The notes beneath the pieces were generated by a model, which was not told the origin of the DNA, searched no databases, and was given only the letters and a program-made list of their open reading frames with translations. Of a stretch of 64,000 bases of DNA, positions 50,846 to 61,450 are shown piece by piece. The DNA comes from Bacteroidota bacterium (lineage in GTDB: Bacteria > Bacteroidota > Ignavibacteria > UBA10030 > UBA8401). Location of the stretch: positions 19,589-83,588 of the forward strand of contig SXSI01000049.1 in assembly GCA_005792285.1 (NCBI GenBank), written 5' to 3'. A program made the position numbers and the translations under genes. How positions within the stretch are numbered: position 1 is the stretch's first letter; each line of letters opens with the position of its first letter.

Positions 50846-51201
50846 ATGAAAAATATATTAATAATAATTACTTTCACTATAATGGTCGGATATCAATTAA
50901 TTGATGATCCTGTTTCACCTAAGGATGAAATTATCCCAATTGCAAAAGGTATTTATATAGTTAACGAAGGAAATTATGGAAAGGGAAATAGTTCGCTGAG
51001 TTACTATATTCCTGATTCATTAATACATCTCAATTTAGTATAAATGGAATATTTGTAGATGAAGTGAATGAATTAATTTATATTTCTGACGCAAAAGATT
51101 ATACAAATGCTGAAGAAATTCATATTTATAAAAATGATGGTTCGAAAATTGGAAATTACAAAACTGGAATTATTCCTGGTTCAATTGCATTTGTAAGGTA
51201 G
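50846..51201 (+). pseudogene. YncE/BtuG-like B12-binding beta-propeller lipoprotein remnant
   Basis: N-terminal GIYIVNEGNYGKGNSSLSYY joined out of frame to C-terminal IYISDAKDY...KTGIIPGSIAF; middle deleted. Confidence 0.78.
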
Positions 51202-51220
51202 AAGTTTGATATTTTATTGA

Positions 51221-52423
51221 ATGAAAGTGAATGAAGTTGTAATTGTTGGCGGAGGTATCGCAGGAATTAGTTGCGCAGTTACACTTGCAGAAAATAATAT
51301 TCAAGCAACTTTAATTGAACAAAATAATTTTGTCGGTGGAAATACAACCTCAGGATTATTATCAACGTGGAGAGGATTTAACTCAACAAAAGTAAATGAT
51401 AAATTTTTACAGGATGTAATTAATTCTTCTGTTAAAAGTGGAATTAGTAAAGGTGTCGTTCCGGATCCATCTGGAATATCGCCATATTTATTTTCCTATC
51501 ATCCAGATTATTTCAAAGATATATTAATTGAATATTTAAATATTAATAAAGTCAAAATAAGGTTAAATACAAAAGTTGTAAGTGTCGATATCAGTAATAA
51601 AAAAATAAAATCGGTATCGACTTCTGAAGATGGGATTCAACAAAATGTTAAAAGTAAATTATTTATTGATGCAACCGGAAACGGAAATATTGCAACTTTA
51701 TGTGGTGTAAAAAAAATAGCTTCAACTCAAACGGCAGTTTATCGAATTAGAATAAGTGGTGTAAATAAAAATATTTTGAGAGAACATTTAATAAGTCATC
51801 CACTTGATTCAAGCATTCCGATTGAGTCACTTCGGAAAAATTTACTTTCATTCTGTGGTTTTGCTGAATCTGCCCGAAAATGGTACTCAAAAAATAATTC
51901 ACTTTTGCGGCTTGATGGATTTGATATTGATGAAATTCCAAATTCCGATGAAATAATAATTACGATGTTTGCATATAATTATAATTCTTCAGAAGGTAAT
52001 TCATTCTCAACTTGTATTACAAATAGTAGAATGTTATTACCGGAAGCAATTCAATTTCTAAAAAACGAATTGCCCGGATTTGCAGATTGTTATATTAGTT
52101 CTGTTGCAAATACTTTGGGATTTGTAAATAGTGAACAATTAAATTCGGAAATTGTTTTAACAGATGCGGATGTTATGCTTGGAAAATTCTTTGCAGATTC
52201 AATTGGTGAATCGCTATTACCTTCACAAAAAAATATAAAATTACAAGTTCCCGGGAAATCGATATTTGTTAATGACGTATCAAATTTATTAGTAATAGGA
52301 AGAACTATTTTGCCTTCGTTGGCATTTTATAAAAATGGAAATCCACTTTTAACTATGCAGTTAGGAAAAGCTGCAGGAATTAATGCAATTGGAATTCTTG
52401 AAAAGATGGAGAACGAAACTTGA
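51221..52423 (+). CDS. FAD-dependent oxidoreductase homologue (FAD_oxidored family), divergent
   Basis: VIVGGGIAG, IEQ..FVGG..TSGL, FIDATGNG, LPGF, NLLVIGR, LGKAAG. Confidence 0.75.
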   Translation: MKVNEVVIVGGGIAGISCAVTLAENNIQATLIEQNNFVGGNTTSGLLSTWRGFNSTKVNDKFLQDVINSSVKSGISKGVVPDPSGISPYLFSYHPDYFKDILIEYLNINKVKIRLNTKVVSVDISNKKIKSVSTSEDGIQQNVKSKLFIDATGNGNIATLCGVKKIASTQTAVYRIRISGVNKNILREHLISHPLDSSIPIESLRKNLLSFCGFAESARKWYSKNNSLLRLDGFDIDEIPNSDEIIITMFAYNYNSSEGNSFSTCITNSRMLLPEAIQFLKNELPGFADCYISSVANTLGFVNSEQLNSEIVLTDADVMLGKFFADSIGESLLPSQKNIKLQVPGKSIFVNDVSNLLVIGRTILPSLAFYKNGNPLLTMQLGKAAGINAIGILEKMENET

Positions 52424-53445
52424 AAACTAAATATCAAGTTGTAATTATTGGTGGAACTTTATCTTCAATTACGGCAGCAATTGATTCTGCAAGAGAGGGT
52501 TTTTCAACTTTATTAGTTGAACCAACATTAAATATTGGTGGCAAACTTTCCGGAAGATTTCTACCGAGCGAGTTAAAAAATTATTTCAATGATGACTCTT
52601 CATTTAAAGGTGATGATTTGTTATTGAAATATCTTCAGGAAAATATTTTAGTTTCTAATTTATTCACTTCTTGGTATAATAATATTTCCTTTCAAAAATA
52701 TATTATTAATCAATTAATTAATTTGAATGTAACGGTTGCATTAAAATCTGTCGTCACTGCGATAAGAACAACAGAAAATAAAATTCATCATGTAATAATA
52801 TCAAATGGTGAAAAAATAAATGTAATTGAAACTGATTTAGTAATTGATTGTTCCAGCTCGATGGACGCAATTCAATTACTTAATCCAAAAATGTTATTGA
52901 ATGGCTCACATTTTCAAACTTCAATAATAAGATTTTCAGGAGTTGATTTTGTTGAATTACTTTCAGATGTGAGAGAGCATCCGAAAAATTATTCTACATC
53001 TTCCTCGCAAAGATATTCTTCAAAAGAGATAATTATCAATGGGCTAAATAGAAACTTTCTTGAAAAGTTAGGGCCATTAGAATTTATTTTTCCTCCAAAT
53101 CGTAATGAATCTTGTTTAACATTTACAAAAAAGTTCTCAGAAATAAATTCTAAAAATGATGCACATGAAATATTAGAGGAATTAAAAAATAATTGTACGG
53201 GATTTAAAAATATTATAACATTAGAAATATCTAATTATAAAAATTATTGTTTAGATATCGAGTTATATAATTCATATTTAGTAAATAATAAAATAACAAA
53301 TCTGATAATCGCAACTGGCTCACTTCAAGAAGAAGCATATATAAATCCACTTTCAGTTAAATCTTACACAACACTTTTCAGATTGGGAAAATCAGCAGCA
53401 TTAAAAATAAGTGGGATTATTAAAAATCGAGAAGATAAAAAATAA
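52420..53445 (+). CDS. FAD-dependent oxidoreductase homologue, strongly divergent and shortened
   Basis: VVIIGGTLSSITAAI..AREG..TLLVE...IGG, VIDCS, GF, NLII, LGKSAA. Confidence 0.6.
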   Translation: MKTKYQVVIIGGTLSSITAAIDSAREGFSTLLVEPTLNIGGKLSGRFLPSELKNYFNDDSSFKGDDLLLKYLQENILVSNLFTSWYNNISFQKYIINQLINLNVTVALKSVVTAIRTTENKIHHVIISNGEKINVIETDLVIDCSSSMDAIQLLNPKMLLNGSHFQTSIIRFSGVDFVELLSDVREHPKNYSTSSSQRYSSKEIIINGLNRNFLEKLGPLEFIFPPNRNESCLTFTKKFSEINSKNDAHEILEELKNNCTGFKNIITLEISNYKNYCLDIELYNSYLVNNKITNLIIATGSLQEEAYINPLSVKSYTTLFRLGKSAALKISGIIKNREDKK

Positions 53446-54362
53446 TGCAAGTAATTAATTATCCCGAAAAAAATGGAGTTGCTTATTTTGAAAATCACGA
53501 AAGTCTGATATCTGAGTTAATATTAAGCGTTTTTAAACTTTGCAAGAATAATGAGAAAGTAAATAAGCTTATTTCGATTGGTTTTGATACAAGAGAAGAT
53601 TCTGAAAAATTAGCAAATAGTTGTGCGAAAATACTTTCTGAAAATGGAATAAAAATAAATATATCAAAAGAAAGTATTCCAACTCCAGTATTAAAATATT
53701 TTACATATTATTCAAAATCATTTATTGGGATAATGATTACAGGGGGTGCATTAAAAAGTGGATGGAATGGATTTAAACTTTACGATTCGAATTCGGAGGC
53801 ACTTCAAGTTTCAAATAATATTGTAATTGAATTCAATAAGTCTATAACAAATAGTGAAATAATTATTTCCGATATGTTGAAAAATTATTTAGAATATATT
53901 AAGAGTGTAATTAATTTGGAAATAATCGGTAATTATGGAAAAACTCACGAATCAATCGAAAGTATTTTAATCGATTCGATGGGAGGAACAGGGAAAACAA
54001 TAATTGAGGATGTTGTTTATGAACTAGGATGGAGAGTTCAAACTTTATTCGGAGGTCCTTTAAATTCTTTTTATGATCGAACACCAGAAATAAGTATTCA
54101 ACAAATTGAACCAATTTCTTATAATGTAAATGTTACTGATGCAATAATCGGTATAATGTTAAATGGCGATTGTTCGGAAGCAGGAATTGTAAATGAGGAA
54201 GGAAATTATATTTCGAAAAATAAAATATCAGAATTAATAAATAATTATTACAAACCGAAATCGGATGATATTTTGAATAATATTTTACAAGATGGAATTT
54301 TGAGTTCATTAATTATTCTTGAAATAATTTGTAAAAAGGGAAAGGATATTTTAAATAAGTAA
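53445..54362 (+). CDS. Phosphoglucomutase/phosphomannomutase-fold protein, truncated, catalytic motifs lost
   Basis: IGFDTR..S, IPTP, GIMIT....WNGFK, IDSMGGTG, PE, DGIL; ITASHN replaced by ITGGAL and DGDxDR by NGDCSE. Confidence 0.75.
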   Translation: MQVINYPEKNGVAYFENHESLISELILSVFKLCKNNEKVNKLISIGFDTREDSEKLANSCAKILSENGIKINISKESIPTPVLKYFTYYSKSFIGIMITGGALKSGWNGFKLYDSNSEALQVSNNIVIEFNKSITNSEIIISDMLKNYLEYIKSVINLEIIGNYGKTHESIESILIDSMGGTGKTIIEDVVYELGWRVQTLFGGPLNSFYDRTPEISIQQIEPISYNVNVTDAIIGIMLNGDCSEAGIVNEEGNYISKNKISELINNYYKPKSDDILNNILQDGILSSLIILEIICKKGKDILNK

Positions 54363-55070
54363 ATGAAAATGTTTAAACTAGTTTATTTTCTTTTATCTTT
54401 TACTTTGTTGTATAGTCAACAAAATGAATCTTCATTAGATGTCAGAATATTTCGCTCAATAAATAATAATCAGACATCGCTCCAAAAAAATATAATTAAT
54501 ATTACCGATCGAACTTTAATTCCAATTGCAATTGCAACTCCACTATCAATAATAAGTTATGGTTTGTACGAAAAAAATATATCGACTTCAAATTTAGGAA
54601 TTGAAATTGCCTCAACTCAAATAATATCTACAATTATTCGAACTGTAATTAAAGAAACTGTGAAACGACCAAGACCATATTTAACTCTTGAAAATGTTCA
54701 CGTTTCAAATAAAGAATCGGCAACGTCATACTCATTTCCTTCTGGGCACGCTATGAGCGCATTCGCATTAGCTACTTCAGTTTCGCTAAATTTTCCCAAA
54801 AAGGAAATTATTATACCGATGTATTTATGGGCATCAATGGTTGGTTATGGAAGAATATATTTTGGAGTCCATTATCCAAGTGATATTTTGGTTGGAGCAG
54901 TTAGTGGAAGTTTAGTTGGATATTCAATTCACAAATTTCTTCAGAATGAAGATTACAAAATATTCAAAGAGAAAAATAATAGTTCAAACTTGGGAAATAA
55001 AATAGAAATAATGTTGCATCCGCAAATTTATTCTGATTATCAGGGAATAAATTTAAATATTAAATTTTAA
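54363..55070 (+). CDS. PAP2-family phosphatase
   Basis: [24 protein letters not shown] all intact. Confidence 0.92.
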   Translation: MKMFKLVYFLLSFTLLYSQQNESSLDVRIFRSINNNQTSLQKNIINITDRTLIPIAIATPLSIISYGLYEKNISTSNLGIEIASTQIISTIIRTVIKETVKRPRPYLTLENVHVSNKESATSYSFPSGHAMSAFALATSVSLNFPKKEIIIPMYLWASMVGYGRIYFGVHYPSDILVGAVSGSLVGYSIHKFLQNEDYKIFKEKNNSSNLGNKIEIMLHPQIYSDYQGINLNIKF

Positions 55071-55612
55071 GGGAAAAGAATCGCTGAGGCAATTACAGTA
55101 GTCCAAAGTCCATTTTTATCTCCTTCGGCTGACTGAGTAATATTAAAAGTTTTCCAAATTTTACCACTCGTTTTAAAAACTTGTTCACGTTCATCCCAAT
55201 TTGTATCAGGATTAAATTCAATACCCAAAGTTGTTGCAAGCATTGTTGCTGCGAGATCTTCTGCATATTCACCACATTTTGAATCTGGTTCGCCATATGG
55301 ATGATGTTCCGATAAATATCCATACTGAGTGATGTCGGAGGGTTGTGCAACACCAATTGAAGCTGCAATGAGCCGATTTGGTTCATTAGTTGCATTTCTT
55401 GCCATAACACTAAAAGTAACAGATCCAGGAATTAATAATTTTTGAGCTTCAGCTACGTAAATTCGTTTACAATTTGGAGGATAAATACTTGAGACAGTTA
55501 CAAGATTACAAATTTCAATTTTGGCATCTCGTAATGCAAGCTCAAATGATTGAAGATAATCTCGATGTCTGCCGACACCTTTTGTGAAAAATACTTTTGT
55601 TGGTACAAACAT
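55067..55612 (-). CDS. pdaD: Pyruvoyl-dependent arginine decarboxylase
   Basis: [21 protein letters not shown] (SS self-cleavage site), [18 protein letters not shown]. Confidence 0.9.
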   Translation of the reverse strand: MFVPTKVFFTKGVGRHRDYLQSFELALRDAKIEICNLVTVSSIYPPNCKRIYVAEAQKLLIPGSVTFSVMARNATNEPNRLIAASIGVAQPSDITQYGYLSEHHPYGEPDSKCGEYAEDLAATMLATTLGIEFNPDTNWDEREQVFKTSGKIWKTFNITQSAEGDKNGLWTTVIASAILFP

Positions 55613-55621
55613 TGCTGCTCC

Positions 55622-56845
55622 TTATTTATGAAATGGAATTAATTTTATAAAATTTCTTTTTCCAACTTTTAACACAACAGATTCTGAAATTGTAATGTTA
55701 CTCATCGGATCTGTAATTTTTTTATTTTCAATTGAGACGCCACCTTGTTCAATTACTCTTTTTGCCTGACTTTTTGATTCGCATAATTTAGTATCAACTA
55801 ATAATTGTAATAGTGAAATTGATTTCGAGTTTAATATAAATTCTTCAATATTCATAGGATTATTTTTCTTCACAAAAATTTCGTCGAATTCCTTTTCAGC
55901 ATTTTCAGCAATTTCTTTTGAATAATAAAGCGCAACAAGTTCACGAGCCAACTCCCGTTTAACATCTCGTGGATTTATTTCTCCGCTATCCAATAATTTT
56001 TTAGAATTCGTGATAGATTTAGTTGAAACATCAGTTGCCAAAGTGAAATAATCAATAATTAAATTATCTGGAATCGAAAGTGTCTTACCGTAAATATCTT
56101 TTGGTGATTCACTAATTCCAATATAATTATCAAGAGATTTACTCATCTTATCAACTCCATCGGTTCCAACAAGAAGTGGAAGTGTAATTATAACTTGCGG
56201 CATTTGTCCAAATTCTTTTTGTAAATCACGGCCAACAAGTAAATTAAATTTCTGGTCAGTTCCTCCAAGTTCAACGTCAGCTTTAATTGCAACGGAATCG
56301 TATGCTTGGGCCAATGGATATAAAAATTCGTGCATCGCAATTGGTTCGCCAGATTTGTACCGTTGCGTAAAATCATCGCGCTCAAGCATTCTTGCGATAG
56401 TATATTTACTTGAAATATGAATTATATCTGCAAAAGTTTTATTTGCCAACCATTCAGAATTATATTTTATTGTAACATTTTTTGAAGATAGAATTTTCGA
56501 TGCTTGATCAAAATAAGTTTTGCCATTAATTTTAGTCTCTTCCAAAGTTAAAGAAGGGCGAGTTTTATTTTTTCCAGTTGGATCGCCGATTATTCCTGTA
56601 AAATCACCAATTATTAAAATTGCCTGATGACCTAAATCTTGAAAATGCCGAAGTTTTTTTAACACAACAGAATGTCCTAAATGTAAATCTGGGCGACTTG
56701 GATCGCAACCAAGTTTTACTTGTAAAGGTTTGTTCGATTTTATTGAACGAACTATTTTTTCTTCCAGTTCTTTTTCAGGAATTATTTCTTGAACACCACG
56801 TTTAATGATGTCCATTTGTTCGTTAATGGATGGAAATTTATTCAT
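55622..56845 (-). CDS. tyrS: Tyrosine--tRNA ligase
   Basis: GCDPSRPDLHLGH, YPLAQAYD, GGTDQKFN, KMSKS, C-terminal S4 domain. Confidence 0.96.
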   Translation of the reverse strand: MNKFPSINEQMDIIKRGVQEIIPEKELEEKIVRSIKSNKPLQVKLGCDPSRPDLHLGHSVVLKKLRHFQDLGHQAILIIGDFTGIIGDPTGKNKTRPSLTLEETKINGKTYFDQASKILSSKNVTIKYNSEWLANKTFADIIHISSKYTIARMLERDDFTQRYKSGEPIAMHEFLYPLAQAYDSVAIKADVELGGTDQKFNLLVGRDLQKEFGQMPQVIITLPLLVGTDGVDKMSKSLDNYIGISESPKDIYGKTLSIPDNLIIDYFTLATDVSTKSITNSKKLLDSGEINPRDVKRELARELVALYYSKEIAENAEKEFDEIFVKKNNPMNIEEFILNSKSISLLQLLVDTKLCESKSQAKRVIEQGGVSIENKKITDPMSNITISESVVLKVGKRNFIKLIPFHK

Positions 56846-57309
56846 TTCTTTTTAGGCGACATAAAACGTCTCAAATCTCTTTCAGTTTCTCTTTCTTTAG
56901 TTACTTCTCGTTTATCATATAATTTTTTTCCACGGCAAAGTCCCAACTCGATTTTAACATTGCGTCGAGAAAAATAAACTTTTAATGGAATCAAAGTTAA
57001 TCCTTTTTCAGAAATTTTTCCAATTAATTTAATAATTTCTTTTTTTTGAAGAAGTAGTTTTCTTTCTCTTAACGGATCAACCAAGTCAATCGTAGCTTGT
57101 TTGTAAGGATGAATATACATGCCGTTCAACCAAACTTCTTGATTTCGAATCATTGCATAACCTTCTTGTAAATTAGCATTTCCGGCTCTAATTGATTTAA
57201 CTTCACTTCCCGTTAAGATAATTCCTGCTTCGTGAGATGATAATATCAAATATTCGAACTTTGCTCTTCTATTGAGAATTGTTGGTTGGTTTGATGACTT
57301 ACTTTCCAT
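56842..57309 (-). CDS. smpB: SsrA-binding protein
   Basis: NRRAKFEY, EAGIILTGSEVKS, RKLLL, GKKLYDKR. Confidence 0.96.
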   Translation of the reverse strand: MESKSSNQPTILNRRAKFEYLILSSHEAGIILTGSEVKSIRAGNANLQEGYAMIRNQEVWLNGMYIHPYKQATIDLVDPLRERKLLLQKKEIIKLIGKISEKGLTLIPLKVYFSRRNVKIELGLCRGKKLYDKREVTKERETERDLRRFMSPKKK

Positions 57310-57364
57310 TTGCGAAGATAATCATTTTTTTTTTAAGGGGAACCATTTTTAATGAAATCGATTC

Positions 57365-57393
57365 TTGAAAATATAGTTCCTTCTTTTTACTTT
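57365..57393 (+). promoter_or_regulatory. Putative guaA promoter TTGAAA-17-TACTTT
   Basis: Correct spacing; ATGs at 57396 and 57399 immediately downstream. Confidence 0.5.
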
Positions 57394-57395
57394 GT

Positions 57396-58940
57396 ATGAT
57401 GAAGCAAGACGAAATATTACTCATTCTAGATTTTGGTTCACAAGTAACACAACTTATTGCGCGAAAAATTAGGGAATTAAATGTTTATTGCGAAATACAT
57501 CCATTCAATATTTCCATTGAAAAGATTAAGCAAATTAATCCAAAGGCAATAATTTTTTCCGGAGGACCACAAAGTGTTTATGGAGAAAATGCTCCAATTT
57601 CTGATTCAAGAATTTATGATTTAAATATTCCTTTGCTCGGAATTTGTTATGGTTTACAATTGATCGCACATCAATTGGGAGGGAAGGTTGAAAATTCTTC
57701 GAAAAGGGAATTTGGTAGAGCAATTTTAAATTTGAATAATTCTTCTTCACTATTTTCTGGTTTTAATTCTTCTACAGAAGTATGGATGTCTCACGGTGAC
57801 TCACTGACTTCTTTGCCAACTGGTTTTAATTCAATCGCAAATACAACCAACACATCAATTGGAGCAATCGAACAAAAAGAAAAAAATATTTATGGAGTTC
57901 AGTTTCATCCCGAAGTTCATCATACAAAAGAGGGAAAGAAAATATTTGAAAATTATTTATTTAAAATTTCTAAATTTAATAGAACTTGGTCGTCATCATC
58001 GTTTATAACTTCTTCCATAAATGAAATTAAAGAAAGAGTTAAAAACGAAAATGTAATTTGTGCTTTGAGTGGAGGAGTCGATTCGTCTGTAACTGCAATT
58101 TTACTTGAACGAGCAATTGGAAAACAACTTCATTGCATTCACATTGATAATGGTTTAATGCGAAGTAATGAAAGTAAATATGTGGTTGAAACAATTCAAA
58201 ATAAATTTAATTTACAATTGCATTTTGTAGATGCATCTAAATTATTTCTTTCGAAACTTGCGAATGTAGAAGATCCGGAATTAAAAAGAAAAATTATTGG
58301 AAATACTTTTATCGAAGTTTTCGAAGAAGAAGCCAATAAAATTCCAAATACAAAATATTTAGCCCAAGGAACTTTATATCCAGATGTAATTGAGTCGGTT
58401 TCAAATATGGGACCATCTGCCACAATAAAAACACATCATAATGTTGGCGGACTTCCGGAAAAAATGAATTTAAAATTAATTGAACCACTTCGTGAATTAT
58501 TTAAAGATGAAGTTAGAGAAGTTGGAAAATTACTCGGACTTCCAAATGAGTTACTAAATCGACATCCATTTCCCGGTCCCGGATTAGCAATTCGTGTGCT
58601 CGGTTCAATTACAGAAAATAGATTGAATATTCTTCGAAAAGCTGATTCCATTTACATCGAGGAACTTCAAAAAAATAATTTATACGATTTGATTTGGCAA
58701 GCATTTGCAGTTTTACTTCCAATAAATAGTGTTGGAGTGATGGGGGACGAAAGGACATACGAAAATGTTTTGGCGCTTCGAGCTGTTACAAGCACAGATG
58801 GGATGACCGCCGATTGGTTTAATATGCCAAATGAAGTTTTAGGAATTATTTCAAATAGAATTATAAATGAAGTTAGAGGTATTAACAGAGTAGTTTATGA
58901 TGTAAGTTCAAAACCACCGGCAACAATTGAATGGGAATAA
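57396..58940 (+). CDS. guaA: GMP synthase (glutamine-hydrolysing)
   Basis: [43 protein letters not shown]. Confidence 0.97.
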   Translation: MMKQDEILLILDFGSQVTQLIARKIRELNVYCEIHPFNISIEKIKQINPKAIIFSGGPQSVYGENAPISDSRIYDLNIPLLGICYGLQLIAHQLGGKVENSSKREFGRAILNLNNSSSLFSGFNSSTEVWMSHGDSLTSLPTGFNSIANTTNTSIGAIEQKEKNIYGVQFHPEVHHTKEGKKIFENYLFKISKFNRTWSSSSFITSSINEIKERVKNENVICALSGGVDSSVTAILLERAIGKQLHCIHIDNGLMRSNESKYVVETIQNKFNLQLHFVDASKLFLSKLANVEDPELKRKIIGNTFIEVFEEEANKIPNTKYLAQGTLYPDVIESVSNMGPSATIKTHHNVGGLPEKMNLKLIEPLRELFKDEVREVGKLLGLPNELLNRHPFPGPGLAIRVLGSITENRLNILRKADSIYIEELQKNNLYDLIWQAFAVLLPINSVGVMGDERTYENVLALRAVTSTDGMTADWFNMPNEVLGIISNRIINEVRGINRVVYDVSSKPPATIEWE

Positions 58941-60721
58941 ATTTATATAAAAATATATTTTTTGTATTCATAATTTTATTAGTTAATAATTTAAATTCCA
59001 ATGGGGAAACAAAAGTTAATTATTCTTCAAAATCAGAAATAGAATTTAACAAAGGTCTTTCTAGATTTGCATCTCATCGATATGAGGAATCAAAAAATAT
59101 TTTCCAACAATTAGCAAATGATAAAGTTAAACATCAAAGAACTTCATCTTCAATGTTGATGTTTGCAAGATCCTTAACTCTTACAAAACAATTTCAGCAA
59201 TCAAATGAAGTATTAAGTCTACTATTTCAGCAATTTCCAAATATTAAATATCGATCAGATATTTTAGAAACTATGGGAGTAAATTATTATCGATTGAATA
59301 ATTACTCAAAATCAATTTTATTTTTTGTTGACTTGCTAAATAAAAACGAAAGTTCAGTTTTTAATAAAGTTATTGCTCGAAGTTTTATTAAAGAAATAAT
59401 TATTTTTCAAGCAGAACAATCTTCCATTCCAAAATTAGTTAATGAGTTTGAAAATCTGAATGAAACTTTTGGCTACTCATATTTATTATTGCAAGTAGCC
59501 GAAAGATATTACAGAGATGGAGATGATTCGAATGCCCGAAGTAAAATATTATCACTTCTAAAAAATACAGAAGATCAATTATTAATTTCACAATCGGATG
59601 CATTACTTCAACACATCAATAAAAAACATTTTGTAGAAATTGGAGTAATTTTGCCATTGTTCGAACAATTAGATTCATCATTTACACAGAAAAAAATTGC
59701 AAAAGAAATTCGTGACGGATTAGAAAAAGGAGTTGCATTTCATAATCAGCAATCTCGCACGCAAATAAAATTGATTTATAACGATATGAGCAATAATATT
59801 AAATTAGCTGCGAATCAGTTACACGAATTATCTCAAAATAATTATTGCATCGGAATAATCGGTCCACTTTTTAGTTATGATGCGCAAATACTTTCAGCAT
59901 TGGCTAAACGAAGAAAAATTCCACTAATTACACCGACCGCAACCGACACCGGAATTTCTTCGAAAGGAGATTATATATTTCAACTTAATTACGATTATAA
60001 TTCCCGCGGAAAATCTTTGGCAAAATTTGCACTTCAACATTTACAAAAAAAGAATATTGCAGTTATTTCTCCTTCCTCTTATCCATATAGATACACAACA
60101 GATATTTTTGTGAAAGAAATTATTAATGGTGGAGGTTTAATAGTTTCAGATATAAGATATCCAAAAGGTGCAACTGATTTGCGTTCATCATTCAGAATGA
60201 TTCGAACTGATGGAATATTAATTGAAAGTGATACGAGTTATATGAAAAAGAAAAGAAATTATTATGTTGATAGTTTGCAATTTCCAATTAATTCGATTGA
60301 TTTAATTTATATGCCGATTACTGATAAGCAGCAAGTTAGTATAATGGCTTCACATTTAAAATTATTTAATATTTCAACAACTGTACTTGGTTCAAATGAA
60401 TGGATGAGTAAAGATGAATTGGAACTCAACAGAAATAATTACAAGAATATTTATTTTCCTTCCGATAATTTAACTTCAACTTCAGAAATAAATAGTAACT
60501 TTGCTTTCGGTTTCGATACAATTTCACTGTTATCAATGTTAGTCGATCAAGGTGCACGAAGCAGAGATGTTTTAGAAAATGAATTAAGTAATTTACTTTC
60601 CAGCGAAGGAGTGCGTGGAAAATATTCTTTACACCCAACACAATCAAATAGTTCAATTTCAATTTTTGAATATCAAAATGGAAAAGTCAAACAAGTTGAC
60701 GAGGTCAATACTTACGAATAA
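58931..60721 (+). CDS. TPR + periplasmic-binding-fold protein (LpoA/LppC-like)
   Basis: TPR-like helical N-half; [30 protein letters not shown] type-I periplasmic-binding pattern. Confidence 0.7.
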   Translation: MGINLYKNIFFVFIILLVNNLNSNGETKVNYSSKSEIEFNKGLSRFASHRYEESKNIFQQLANDKVKHQRTSSSMLMFARSLTLTKQFQQSNEVLSLLFQQFPNIKYRSDILETMGVNYYRLNNYSKSILFFVDLLNKNESSVFNKVIARSFIKEIIIFQAEQSSIPKLVNEFENLNETFGYSYLLLQVAERYYRDGDDSNARSKILSLLKNTEDQLLISQSDALLQHINKKHFVEIGVILPLFEQLDSSFTQKKIAKEIRDGLEKGVAFHNQQSRTQIKLIYNDMSNNIKLAANQLHELSQNNYCIGIIGPLFSYDAQILSALAKRRKIPLITPTATDTGISSKGDYIFQLNYDYNSRGKSLAKFALQHLQKKNIAVISPSSYPYRYTTDIFVKEIINGGGLIVSDIRYPKGATDLRSSFRMIRTDGILIESDTSYMKKKRNYYVDSLQFPINSIDLIYMPITDKQQVSIMASHLKLFNISTTVLGSNEWMSKDELELNRNNYKNIYFPSDNLTSTSEINSNFAFGFDTISLLSMLVDQGARSRDVLENELSNLLSSEGVRGKYSLHPTQSNSSISIFEYQNGKVKQVDEVNTYE

Positions 60722-61415
60722 AATAAAAAGTGATCACCGAACTTTAAAAGAGTGGCCTGAAGGTGATCGCCCTCGTGAAAAATTATATTCAAAAGGTAGT
60801 TCATCACTATCAAATGCCGAGTTACTTGCAATTTTACTTCGAACGGGAACTGGAAATAAAACTGCAGTTGATATTGGAATTGAGTTATTGGCCAATAATT
60901 CGTTGCACTTTTTATCCGATAAAAATATTTCCGAACTGACTTCGATAAAAGGAATTGGAATAATTAAAGCATTGACTCTTGTTGCTGCGTTTGAACTTGG
61001 AAGAAGATTAATGAGTGAACCATCTGCGAAATTATCACAAATATTAACGCCAAAAGATGTTAGTAAAATTTATATTCCAAAATTGCAACATTTAAAACAG
61101 GAAGAATTTTACGTTTTGCTTTTAAATAATAGGAAACAAATAATTCGGGAAATTCCGGTTTCGAAAGGAACACTTCACGCAACTTTGGTTGATCCTCAAC
61201 AAGTTTTCAAAGAAGCAATAATTTATTCTGCAGCGAGTATTATTTTAATTCACAATCATCCAAGTGGAAATCCGGAACCGAGTCGTGAAGATATTAATTT
61301 AACAAGACAACTTTTACAAGCGAGTAAGATTATTGGAATCCCAATTGATGATCATTTAATAATTGCCGGCGATTCATACACAAGTTTTGCAGATAGGGGA
61401 TTGTTTAATTTATGA
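60678..61415 (+). CDS. radC: RadC/JAB-domain protein
   Basis: RPREKL, LSNAELLAILLRTG, IKGIG..KA, HNHPSG.PEPS.ED, DHLII; start codon uncertain. Confidence 0.92.
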   Translation: MEKSNKLTRSILTNKIKSDHRTLKEWPEGDRPREKLYSKGSSSLSNAELLAILLRTGTGNKTAVDIGIELLANNSLHFLSDKNISELTSIKGIGIIKALTLVAAFELGRRLMSEPSAKLSQILTPKDVSKIYIPKLQHLKQEEFYVLLLNNRKQIIREIPVSKGTLHATLVDPQQVFKEAIIYSAASIILIHNHPSGNPEPSREDINLTRQLLQASKIIGIPIDDHLIIAGDSYTSFADRGLFNL

Positions 61416-61450
61416 TAAAACGAAAAACATTTCCTAATTATTCTAATGAA

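Noticed and set aside
57325..57334. T10 homopolymer between smpB and guaA, other A/T runs, and the (TAT)n run near 38204, as phase-variation tracts
   Set aside because: Expected in such AT-rich DNA; the reading frames are intact and there is no evidence of slippage.
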